Below, one piece after another: positions 35,989 to 44,923 of a stretch of 64,000 nt of DNA. How positions within the stretch are numbered: the first letter of the stretch is position 1; the number at the start of each line of letters is the position of its first letter. The stretch is from an uncultured virus (IMG/VR IMGVR_UViG_3300050821_019438). Its lineage: Duplodnaviria > Heunggongvirae > Uroviricota > Caudoviricetes. The translations under genes and the position numbers were made by a program. A model generated the notes under the pieces. The model saw only the letters and a list, made by a program, of their open reading frames with translations. It was not told where the DNA came from and made no database searches. The DNA lies in IMG/VR virus record IMGVR_UViG_3300050821_019438; one strand, written 5' to 3'.

Positions 35989-37896
35989 TCACCGAACGAC
36001 GAGCCGAGCGCGTACCTGGAACTCGAACGCCACGACCTGCCCCTCGGGCGTCTTCGTATCGAGGCACACGTGCTCGATCCCACCCATCGCGATGGCGCAG
36101 TGATCGATCGCCGCCGCCGTCGCTTCCGCCAGGAGTCCGGGCCCGCGGCCGTACTCCACGTAGCGCCAGTCCGCCACGGCGCCCGCGGCGAGGCGCGACT
36201 TCGCCTCGAGAATGAGGACGTTCGCATCGAAACGCGGCGCGTTCACCGGGCCGCAGTCGATGTAGAGAACCCCGATGTTCTTGGCTGGCCCCGCGGTCGG
36301 GTTCACGGGCGGCTGCACGTACTGCTGAGGCTGAGGAGGAGGAGGCGGAGGCGCCGCATACTGCGGAGCTGCCGGAGGAGGCGCGTACTGCGGCGGAGGC
36401 GCCATTTGCTGCGGCGGCTGCGCGTACTGCTGCGGGGGCGCCGCCGGAGGGGGAGCGAACGCCTGCGGTGCCGCCGGTGCCACCGGTGCTGCCGCCGGTG
36501 CCGCCGTGGGCGCAGCCTGAGGCAACGTCGCGAGGAGGTTCGCTTCGATCTCGAGCAGCGCCGGAATGTCCTCGCCGGCCTGGCCGAGGAAGCCGAACGT
36601 CTGGGCCTGATACGGCGTCCCCGACGCGAGCTTCAAGATCTTCTTCTTGATCGTCTTGGCCGAGCGCTGACGACCCCTCGGCGCCGCTGCCGCCGTCGCA
36701 GCCAGTGCTTCGGGCGATCCCGGAGCGGGCGGCGGAGGAGGCGGAGGCTGCCACTCCGGCGGGTTGACGGCGGGGCCCGCCGAAGCGGCCGGTGGCGCCA
36801 TCCCCGGAACCGCTCCCGGTACCGTCATCCCGCGGTTCTCACCGAGCTTCGCGAGAAGCGCGTTCGGTGCGAGCACGGGTGCGGCGCCGGGAGCGGTCGA
36901 ATACTGCTGCGCGGGGGGTGCCGCGTACTGCGGTGCCTGAGGCGCTGCGTACTGCGGCGCCTGCGGTGCCTGAGGCGCTGCATACTGCGGCGGCGCCTGC
37001 GGTGCCTGAGGCGCTGCGTACTGTTGCTGAGGCGGTGCGTATCCACCGCCGCCGTACGCTGCCGGAGCAGCGGCAGCGTGCGTTGCCGGTCCCCCGGCTC
37101 CGTTCTGCTGATGGACCAGTGCAAGAAGTGTGTTTCCCGGTTTGGCTTCTTCCATGTGAATGACCGCCTTGTCTTGTTGTGCGAGCGAGTGGAGTTTCTC
37201 TAGGGGCGAGAGGTTACATTTTCCTTGGAAAAAGCAGCCTCCGTACGCTGAGCAATGATCAACGTTTGGTGCCAGTTTCAGAACGAATGCTTCTTTGTCT
37301 TGGACGTCTGCGGCAGCAGTGTGAATAGACGCCATTTCGCGGCAGGTAGCTTCGATCTTTTGCAGTTCCAGGTAGACATGCTGTTGATTGATTCGCAGTT
37401 TGGTTACAGCGCTTTTTCGCGTTTTTCCAGTTGAATAATAGATCCACCGGTTTTCGACTTCCATCTCCGCCGGGTGGTTTATGAAATACCAAGCTGAGTA
37501 GATGATGCTCTGTTCGTCGGTGAGAAGGTCTTGCTCTGTCTTTTGCCAGACAAAGTTCTTAGTCGTTTTGTGGTCGCCGATCGTTCCGGGGACTGTGAAG
37601 TCAATACGTCCAGAATACTGATGCTCCCACGGGCCTTGAAAGTAAAAGTCGCCCTCGATGCGAAGTCCTGGAGTCCCCGGTCTAGGCAGGTGCTCAATGC
37701 CGGAGGCGGCGATGTATCCAACCTCCGTTCGAAAATCGATCTGCCCACCGCGCAGGTACTTCTCGAGCTCGTTGTGAACAGCAGTTCCAAGTTCCGCGGC
37801 CGGACTGGGTGGCGCCACGATGCCTGCTACGACACGCCAGGCCCACTTCCGCTTGCATCCACGGAACGTGGAAATTTGCGTCGGAGAAAAGCGCAT
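35989..37896 (-). CDS. PD-(D/E)XK nuclease (RecB/Cas4-like) with long Pro/Ala/Gln-rich region
   Basis: SPTQISTFRGCKRKW, GTAVH, GRID, DHKT, C-terminal Cys cluster; QYAAPQAP repeats. Confidence 0.85.
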   Translation of the reverse strand: MRFSPTQISTFRGCKRKWAWRVVAGIVAPPSPAAELGTAVHNELEKYLRGGQIDFRTEVGYIAASGIEHLPRPGTPGLRIEGDFYFQGPWEHQYSGRIDFTVPGTIGDHKTTKNFVWQKTEQDLLTDEQSIIYSAWYFINHPAEMEVENRWIYYSTGKTRKSAVTKLRINQQHVYLELQKIEATCREMASIHTAAADVQDKEAFVLKLAPNVDHCSAYGGCFFQGKCNLSPLEKLHSLAQQDKAVIHMEEAKPGNTLLALVHQQNGAGGPATHAAAAPAAYGGGGYAPPQQQYAAPQAPQAPPQYAAPQAPQAPQYAAPQAPQYAAPPAQQYSTAPGAAPVLAPNALLAKLGENRGMTVPGAVPGMAPPAASAGPAVNPPEWQPPPPPPPAPGSPEALAATAAAAPRGRQRSAKTIKKKILKLASGTPYQAQTFGFLGQAGEDIPALLEIEANLLATLPQAAPTAAPAAAPVAPAAPQAFAPPPAAPPQQYAQPPQQMAPPPQYAPPPAAPQYAAPPPPPPQPQQYVQPPVNPTAGPAKNIGVLYIDCGPVNAPRFDANVLILEAKSRLAAGAVADWRYVEYGRGPGLLAEATAAAIDHCAIAMGGIEHVCLDTKTPEGQVVAFEFQVRARLVVR

Positions 37897-38632
37897 CTAA
37901 AACTGCCAGTCCGTGCCGAGGGACATATCTGCAAGACGCTCTCGCGCTCTATCTTCAGCGTCTTCTGCGATGAGAAGCTCCCGTAGGCCGATAGAAAGTT
38001 CCGCGCCTTTTCGAGACACCCGTGCTGCTCGCGCTGCTCGCATTTTTGCTTTCGCGGCGTCACTGCGTTTCCGACCTCTAGCAGAGAGTATCGGTACCCC
38101 GGTGTGAGACAGTCTATTTTTCTCTTTGAACTCAGGGCTTCGCTTCTTTCCGGTTATCGCTATTCGCATCTTCTCCCGCGTCTCAAGCGTGCGCACCTTT
38201 CCGGTATTGGCTAAAGAGATCTTATTCTTAGTTTCAGGACTCTGAACTTTGCCCAACTGTGCTGAGCGTATTTTCTCTATGGTTTCCGGACTGCGCGGTT
38301 TACCTTTTCGCGCGAGAGCAATTTTTTCCCGTGTTTCCGAGCGCATCTTATGCCCAGAAGTACCCTCCCCGCCTTCGGTGAAGTTACAACCCAAATCTGT
38401 TCCGAACGTTCCGACAACACGCTTACACCCGTACTTCACCGAAATATGCGTGTGCTTCTCATTTCGCTTGAAATGCTTCACCCGGTGGTCTGTCCCTTTC
38501 CCCACGTATTCGTGTTTCGACGTCGATGGAAAGGGTTGGCACCTAGGGATGGTCCGAGCAGGGGAGAAGGTCTTCTACGGCTACGTCGATTATACGGACG
38601 ACGGCCGGGCCTTCTCGGCGTCGAAACACGAA
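37897..38632 (-). pseudogene. GIY-YIG/NUMOD3 homing endonuclease gene with inverted 5' segment and apparent internal deletion
   Basis: Minus strand has YVGKG...NFTEGGEG and NUMOD3-like repeats; the matching N-terminus MVRAGEKVFYGYVDYTDDGRAF is on the plus strand at 38549-38614. Confidence 0.8.
38509..38632. repeat. 18-bp inverted repeats (1 mismatch) flanking an 88-bp segment
   Basis: TTCGTGTTTCGACGTCGA at 38509-38526 and TCGGCGTCGAAACACGAA at 38615-38632. Confidence 0.9.
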
Positions 38633-39087
38633 CCGCAGGGTTGCTGCGCGCGTGCCAACCCCGCGGTACAAATGCTTCGTCTCGGGTAGCGAACACATAG
38701 TGACCATTAGAGAGCTAGTTGCGAGGTGTAGCGCCGCCGCGCGCGACCTGTCCACCAGAAAAATTTGTTCTACGTGAGGTCTTGGTCGTATTCCGGCGGA
38801 AGCCTTCGGAAAGCTCCGCGAGAGAAATCAACGCGCCCGAAATCGACCTGCAAAAAACTTGACCGGTCCGCTTGAGTTGGGGCATTGGTCGTCGCTCGAC
38901 GTCTTCGCTCTCCTAGCCAGCCCGCGGGTGCGCTGGCCCCACCTGCGGTCCGCGGTCTGGCTCGGGAAGCGGAGAAAAAATTCCAAGAAAGCGGTGGGGC
39001 CGCCCATGGTTACGCGTATTTCGCCGACGGGAGACCGTCGGCCATGATCTTCGTCGTCCTCTCAGTCCGAGCACGGACGGCGACGCC

Positions 39088-41334
39088 TTGATCTACATCT
39101 TCCCCCTACGTGAAATCCTCCGAGCCCCGGACGGCTCGGTGTCGTGTTCGTGCTCCGACGGCGCGGCGTGCCGCGTCATCGGAAAGCACCCCGCCGTCAT
39201 CGGCTGGGCGGACGGCACGTACTGGAACGGACTCGCGCCGCAGAACGGCGTCGTCGGTCGCCGGGGGCCCGGCGGCGGCTTCGGTCTCACCACCGGCGTT
39301 CGCAACAACCTCCTGGTCATCGACACGGACGTAAAGGCGGCTACGGCAACAACACCTGGCATCGACGGCGTCGCGAACCTCCTCGCGATGGGGCCGCTAC
39401 CCCAAACCCGCGTCATCCAGTCGCCGAGCGGGGGCGTCCACTTCTACTTCACGTACCCGGAAGGCTTCAACATCAGGAACAGCGTCAGCATCCTCGCGCC
39501 GGGTGTCGACGTCCGCGGCGAGGGCGGCATGGTCGTCGGCGAAGGATCCCCCCACAAGCGCGGCGGGCTCTACAAGGTCGTCGTCGACGTCGAAGCCGCT
39601 CCGCTCCCGCTCTGGCTACTCGAGAGGCTACGCGTCATCGCACAGCGCGACGCTTCCCCCGCGAGAGAGTCGTCGTCGCAGCCGACGATCGACCCCGACT
39701 CACCCGAGGGTCTTCAAGCCGTCGCGTGGGCTCGTGAGTACCTCGACAAGGCACCGCCAGCCATCGAAGGCCAAGACGGCAGCGGCACCCTGTTCTCGGT
39801 CGCGTGCCGCCTGATGTACTCGTCGCTCCCGCTCGAGACCCTTCAGGATCTCATCGAGGAGTCCTACAACTCTCGCTGCGTCCCGCCGTGGTCCCCCGAG
39901 GAAATCGAGCACAAGCTCGAGGACGCCGACCGCATGATGGAAGACCCGCGTGGGCTTCCACCCGAGGGGATCTTCGACAGGATGAAGGGCCTCGTCGCTC
40001 CCCCGCCCCGAGCCGGCGACCCCGGCGCTCCCCCCGATGCACCGTTCGGCGAAGACAACTGCGGTCGCCCCGTTGGCGAGACCTCGAAAATCAGCTTCGC
40101 GAACCTCGTTTCCGATCTTCGGTACAAGAAAGAGTGGGTGGGCGTGCTCCGATTCGACGACCTGAGAAAGTGGATCACCTGCGTCAACCCTCCCATCGCG
40201 CTCGACGCTCAGCGAGGCAACATCACCACGGTCGACTACTCGCGCATCCGCGCCTGGTTCGAGCGCAACGGCAAGAAGGCGACGAAGGAAGACGTCGCCG
40301 ACGCCGTGGAGCTCGTCGCCCGGGAGTCCCGCTACAACCCGGTGCTCATGTACCTCGACGCTCTCCCTCCGGTCACCATCCGTCGCAACGGCTACGAGGG
40401 CTCGACCGGCACGGTGCTCGACCAGCTCGCCGCCCGCGCGCTCGGCAACACCGACCCGCTTGCACAGGACGTTCTCGTCAAGACGCTCATCGCCGCCGTG
40501 CGGCGCATGCGCTACCCAGGCACGAAGGTCGACACGGTGCTCGTCCTTCGCGGTCTCCAGTCCAAGAGGAAGAGCACGTTCCTGGTGACGCTCTTCGGAG
40601 AGGAATACGTGAAGAGTCAAATGGCCGACCTATCCAACAAGGACGCGAGCGTGGGCCTTCGAGGCATGTGGGCTGTCGAGCTCGCGGAGCTCGACCGCAT
40701 CATCCGCGCCGAAAGCTCGACGGTGAAGGAGTTTCTCTCGCGCGCGATCGACTCGTACCGGCCCCCGTACGGCCGCACCGAGGAGCAGTTCCCGCGCCAG
40801 TGCGTCTTCTTCGGCACGACCAACGACGACAACTTCCTCGTCGACGTCACCGGCAACCGGCGATTCTGGGTCATCGAGGTCACCGAGTTCGACCTCAAGT
40901 GGGTCGCCGTGAACCGGGACGCGATCTGGGCGGCGGTCTGCGCGCTCGAGAAAGCCGGCGTGCCACACTGGTTCGAGGACGAAGCCAAGGCGGCGCCTCT
41001 TCAATCCCCCTACGAGTACGTGGACGGCTGGGAAGCCCCGATCCGCGACTACTGCGCCGGCCGCGCGCGAGTCTCCAGCGCCGCCGACATCTTCACCGAG
41101 GTCATCGCGAAGGGGGACGCGAGCGCTCTTCTGAAGCTCGACAAGCGCTCCCAGAACCGCATCGCCGGCATCCTCCGAAAGCTCGGGTGCGAAGCCAAGC
41201 GCAGCCACGGCAAGTATTGGATCGAGGTGCCGCTCGCGCTCCAGCAGGAAACGCCATCGGACGCTGAAATCAAGCGTCGCGCGGCTGTCGAGGCGGTTGC
41301 TCGCGTGCTCTCGGCCACCAAGGCGCCGAACTAG
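39088..41334 (+). CDS. Bifunctional primase-polymerase fused to a VapE-like (SF3-type) helicase
   Basis: GKHP, VIDTD, SGGVHFYF, GVDVRGEGG; C-terminal PGTKVD, LRGLQSKRKST, ELAEL, GTTN, TGNRRF; start uncertain (TTG). Confidence 0.88.
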   Translation: MIYIFPLREILRAPDGSVSCSCSDGAACRVIGKHPAVIGWADGTYWNGLAPQNGVVGRRGPGGGFGLTTGVRNNLLVIDTDVKAATATTPGIDGVANLLAMGPLPQTRVIQSPSGGVHFYFTYPEGFNIRNSVSILAPGVDVRGEGGMVVGEGSPHKRGGLYKVVVDVEAAPLPLWLLERLRVIAQRDASPARESSSQPTIDPDSPEGLQAVAWAREYLDKAPPAIEGQDGSGTLFSVACRLMYSSLPLETLQDLIEESYNSRCVPPWSPEEIEHKLEDADRMMEDPRGLPPEGIFDRMKGLVAPPPRAGDPGAPPDAPFGEDNCGRPVGETSKISFANLVSDLRYKKEWVGVLRFDDLRKWITCVNPPIALDAQRGNITTVDYSRIRAWFERNGKKATKEDVADAVELVARESRYNPVLMYLDALPPVTIRRNGYEGSTGTVLDQLAARALGNTDPLAQDVLVKTLIAAVRRMRYPGTKVDTVLVLRGLQSKRKSTFLVTLFGEEYVKSQMADLSNKDASVGLRGMWAVELAELDRIIRAESSTVKEFLSRAIDSYRPPYGRTEEQFPRQCVFFGTTNDDNFLVDVTGNRRFWVIEVTEFDLKWVAVNRDAIWAAVCALEKAGVPHWFEDEAKAAPLQSPYEYVDGWEAPIRDYCAGRARVSSAADIFTEVIAKGDASALLKLDKRSQNRIAGILRKLGCEAKRSHGKYWIEVPLALQQETPSDAEIKRRAAVEAVARVLSATKAPN

Positions 41335-41353
41335 CCAGAAAGGGGCGCTAGCC

Positions 41354-41574
41354 GGGCACCTGAGGCACCTGTTAGCACCTGTCTCGTTCGACACACGAGA
41401 GCCCTCATTATTTCAACGAGTTACCTATTAGGGCACCTAAGGCACCTATCTTTTTGAAGATCATTCTAGAAAGAGGAAGGGTGCCGGAAGCAACAGCAGG
41501 GTGGGTAGGGGGACCCGTTTTAGAACTCACTAAGGTCTTCTAAAGACGGGTGCCTTAGGTGCCCATAGGTGCCC
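41354..41574. repeat. GGCACCT repeat cluster, candidate replication origin
   Basis: Five direct GCACCT copies at 41354-41448, inverted copies at 41479 and 41548-41574; perfect 16-bp IR 41431-41446/41549-41564; relatively AT-rich; right after the primase-helicase. Confidence 0.7.
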
Positions 41575-41819
41575 GAAATATTCTAAGTGTGCGGAACATC
41601 GTAAAACGGCATTATTTCTCGATTTCGGGGTCAAGTTCTCCACAACTGCGACGTGTCGACTTCGTTCGAACCAGTCAGCAGAAAATAATCAGAAGATACA
41701 GGTAGGCCGCACTGGCGAGCCACGTGGCTTCGGAAGGCGAAGAAGGTGGCGCTCTCGCATCCGGACGAACGGTACTTGTCCTGATGTTTCCCATCGAGCC
41801 GGTTCCCTGGTAGGCTTCA

Positions 41820-42260
41820 ATGGTGACGGACCCCACCCGCCGCGTGCAGCAGCTCCTGAACCTCGCCGTAGATCCGGCAGCGTCCAGCGAGGAAGCCCGC
41901 ACCGCGGCGCTCGAGGCCGCGCGTCGCATCAAACAGCACGGTCTCCAGGTGGTGGCCGAGGAGGAGTGGGATAGGCCGGGCCCGCCGAACCACTACACCT
42001 CGCACGGTCACACGCACCCCTACGGCACGAACGTCACGCCCCAGAGCCGCCAGATGGGCCAGGGGGCGCCGCGCCTGCATCCGCGGCCGACGCCGTCGTC
42101 GCGTAGCATGTCGGTAGCCCGAGACGAGACCGGTTACGGTACCGAGCCGGTGCGCGGCGGGGCGCACGTGGTGGACTGGGACTTCAAGGACGACGTGCCC
42201 GGGGAGAAGCCCGAGCAGGCGTTCTCGCCTGCGCTCCTGGCGCTGCTGAGACGTCGCTAG
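41820..42260 (+). CDS. Hypothetical protein (DUF2786-like N-terminus)
   Basis: RVQQLLNLA...SSEEARTAALEAARRIKQHGL. Confidence 0.55.
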   Translation: MVTDPTRRVQQLLNLAVDPAASSEEARTAALEAARRIKQHGLQVVAEEEWDRPGPPNHYTSHGHTHPYGTNVTPQSRQMGQGAPRLHPRPTPSSRSMSVARDETGYGTEPVRGGAHVVDWDFKDDVPGEKPEQAFSPALLALLRRR

Positions 42261-42607
42261 ACCTTCTCCCCCGGCCGACAGAACGCGCAGTCTGGGTCGA
42301 TGATCTGCGGCACCTTGTGCGCAGCGATGAGCTTCGCTCGCTCGAGGGCTACTAGGCGTGCGACGTGAACCGAGATCGTGTCACCGAACGGCGGTCGGCA
42401 CGGCATCCCTGGAAGGGCCTTGCACTCGGGGCAGGTAACAGAATGGACACTCTCCACGACGCTCTCCTTCTGGTCGCACCGCGACCCGGAAAGCGCCTTT
42501 AGGAGCTCAGCGGAAGATTCCGCCTTTTTCACGGTTGCCCGTGACCTCGACCTCTGGCGCAGGAAACAGGCTATCGCGCTCGCTCGGACTTGTCTATCCT
42601 CGCCGCC

Positions 42608-43317
42608 ATGCTCCGCCAGATCCTCGCGTTCCTCGTCGCCCTCTTCCTCGTTGCGTGCCCATCCAACACGTGTCCTCCTGCGCCCGATGCGGCGCCGTCC
42701 GTGCCCGAGGCAGCAGCCGAAGTCGCCCCCGCGGTCTCGAGCGGCACGAGCGTCATCGTCAAGAACCCAGGCCCTGACGCCGTGAGCGTTGCGGTCGCCT
42801 TCGGGAGCGACTCGCAGGTGACGGGCTTCTCCTTCTGCAACCCGACCGGAGCGCCGACCGGAGCGCTCACGTGCTCGTTCAAGCTGGACGGCAAGGCGTC
42901 GCGCGAGCTCCCCCTCGCGGCGGGTACCTGAACGCCACGTTCGCGTTCAACACGTCGGTCGGGTGCGGCTCGACGAAGGCCGAGATCAACGTGAACAACC
43001 CGCAGTGGTACAACACCGTCGACATCAGCCTCGTCGACGGGTTCTCCACGCCGCTGACTCTCGTCTACAAGGACCCCTCTGGCAGCCACACGTTCTCGGT
43101 GTCCGGCAAGCTCGGCAACGAGCGAGCCCCGGCGGTCTTCCCCCTCGGCTGCGACACGTGCGTGGCGAGGACCAAGCCCGCGTGCGGGATGTCGCCGGGC
43201 AAGGACGGCTGCAAGGCAGGGACGCAGTTCGCGCCGGTCCCGCCGTGCCAGTTCCAGGGGAGCACGATGAGCGGTCACGCGACGACCGTCGAGATCGTCC
43301 TCGGTGCGCCGGCCTGA
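42608..43317 (+). pseudogene. Thaumatin-like Cys-rich lipoprotein gene split by a 1-nt frameshift
   Basis: Lipobox LVAC; frame 1 stops at 42931, the other frame continues GGYLNATF...TKAE...VDISLVDGF. Confidence 0.65.
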
Positions 43318-43672
43318 TACTACGCGCGAGGCGGCTTTCCAGGGCCGCGACCCTTTCTCCTAGAGCTCTCTACGATGACCACGTGTAGGCGTAACTTTCG
43401 TACTACTTCGAGTTGATCGTCCGGGCCTGGAGGTGGCGCGGCTCGAAGCAGGAAATCTGAGCTTACTCGCGCGATCGGAGACTACGACTCCGGCAGATGG
43501 TCAGGCAAGACGAAAAATGGTGGCCCGCTCGCGAGCATCGTCTCTCGAAGCCGGTCGTTGATGCGGTTGATCATCTTCGCCGTCGCGAACCATTCGACGA
43601 GCCGACGCTTCGCGCGCCGCCCTTTGCGACCGCGGTAGAGCGCGCGGCGACGGAGAGTAGGGAGGGAGGCGG

Positions 43673-43870
43673 TCATCCGATGTAGAGGTCGGCACCGCCG
43701 CGCATGTCGGCGTGGATTTCGACCATCTCGGTTTCGCGAGCGTCTTCGAGGATGAGGCGAGCGCTGGTCTTCGGGATCTGGATGTAGACGCCGTCGTCTC
43801 GATGGTAGGGCACCCAGGCGTAGACGGTTTTCGCCTGCCGGATGCACGACGCGAACTTCCCGATGTTCAC
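43673..43870 (-). CDS. Small hypothetical protein
   Basis: GTGA overlap; MNIGKFASCIRQAKTVYAWV... Confidence 0.55.
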   Translation of the reverse strand: MNIGKFASCIRQAKTVYAWVPYHRDDGVYIQIPKTSARLILEDARETEMVEIHADMRGGADLYIG

Positions 43871-44403
43871 GTGTCGGCCTCTTCTTCCTCCTCTTCCTCC
43901 TCGTCCTCTTCCTCTTCTTCCTCTTCTTCCTCGTCTCCACCGCCGAGGTCGACGTCGTAACGGTCTTCGACGGACTTCTTGTCGAGCACGAGTGGGTACT
44001 GGTCGAATTCGCCCCAGCCGTAGTTCGCGGCGTAGACCTCGTAAGCCCACGCGCGCTCCATGGGGTCGTCGCTCATGAACGCGGCCTTGACCTCGCTGGG
44101 CTTCTGTCCCGATGTCTGGGCGGCGGACTTCAAGCTCCCCCAGGTCGGGACGCCTCGGTCGAGAGGGACGCGGTAGATGGTCCAGCGCGCCTCCTTGTCG
44201 TCGAAGTCGATGTCGTCGGGCGGCACCTCGACGTACTCGAGCTCGTAACCGTCGCTGCGGCCCGTGCTGGCTTCCTGCGGCGACTTGAGCACCTGGCCGC
44301 CGTCGTACTCGGGGAAGTTGACGTCGCCGACGGTACCGATGATCTCGTCACCGAACTTGTTCTTCTTGGGTTCACGTGCGCGGCGGGTGCGTGTTCGAGC
44401 CAT
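43867..44403 (-). CDS. Acidic protein with basic leader and poly-Glu tail
   Basis: MARTRTRRARE...; long Glu/Asp run at the C-terminus. Confidence 0.7.
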   Translation of the reverse strand: MARTRTRRAREPKKNKFGDEIIGTVGDVNFPEYDGGQVLKSPQEASTGRSDGYELEYVEVPPDDIDFDDKEARWTIYRVPLDRGVPTWGSLKSAAQTSGQKPSEVKAAFMSDDPMERAWAYEVYAANYGWGEFDQYPLVLDKKSVEDRYDVDLGGGDEEEEEEEEEDEEEEEEEEADT

Positions 44404-44413
44404 GGCGAGCAGA

Positions 44414-44705
44414 TTACCCCACCTCGTCGGGACGCACCAGATACGCCGGAGTTCGCGGCCCGACCCACGAACCCTCGGTGTTGACTGAGAAATGCTCCTC
44501 GGCGGTTTCGTGGATCGAAAGCTCAAGTTCGGCACCACCTCGGTAGGGGGTGGCGGCTATTTGCGACATCAAGATCTCGATGCACTTCTCCCGGTCGTAC
44601 ACCACAATGGTGGGCTGACCGCAGCGCGTCACCACGCCGAGGATGGCGTCGTCGAAGCCGGAGGTCGGGATCGTCGGTGAGCTCGACGAGGTCTTGGCGG
44701 GTCAT
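44414..44705 (-). pseudogene. Conserved phage hypothetical gene with frameshift
   Basis: MTRQDLVELTDDPDL in one frame, GFDDAILGV...VYDREKCIEIL...GPRTP in another; start-to-stop span is 292 nt (3n+1). Confidence 0.6.
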
Positions 44706-44923
44706 GGTGTGCAACCGACCAGGGTGGTGGGGAGCGTGGCGTAGGACGGAAAGTTTCGGATGCAAGGGTAGCCTTGGTGGGCACCGGGAGGTTTCGGGCG
44801 CGAGAGGATGCCCGGTACGCATCGAATGCGCTTTTCGCAGTAGGCACATCGGTAGATGAAGATGCTGCGTGGCTCGTTCTCGTCGCCGGAGATGAGCTTC
44901 CATTCGTGGTTGTTCATGACGGA

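Noticed and set aside
35989..37896. Cas4-like nuclease as part of a CRISPR adaptation module
   Set aside because: No cas1/cas2 or array; stand-alone PD-(D/E)XK nucleases are normal in phage replication modules.
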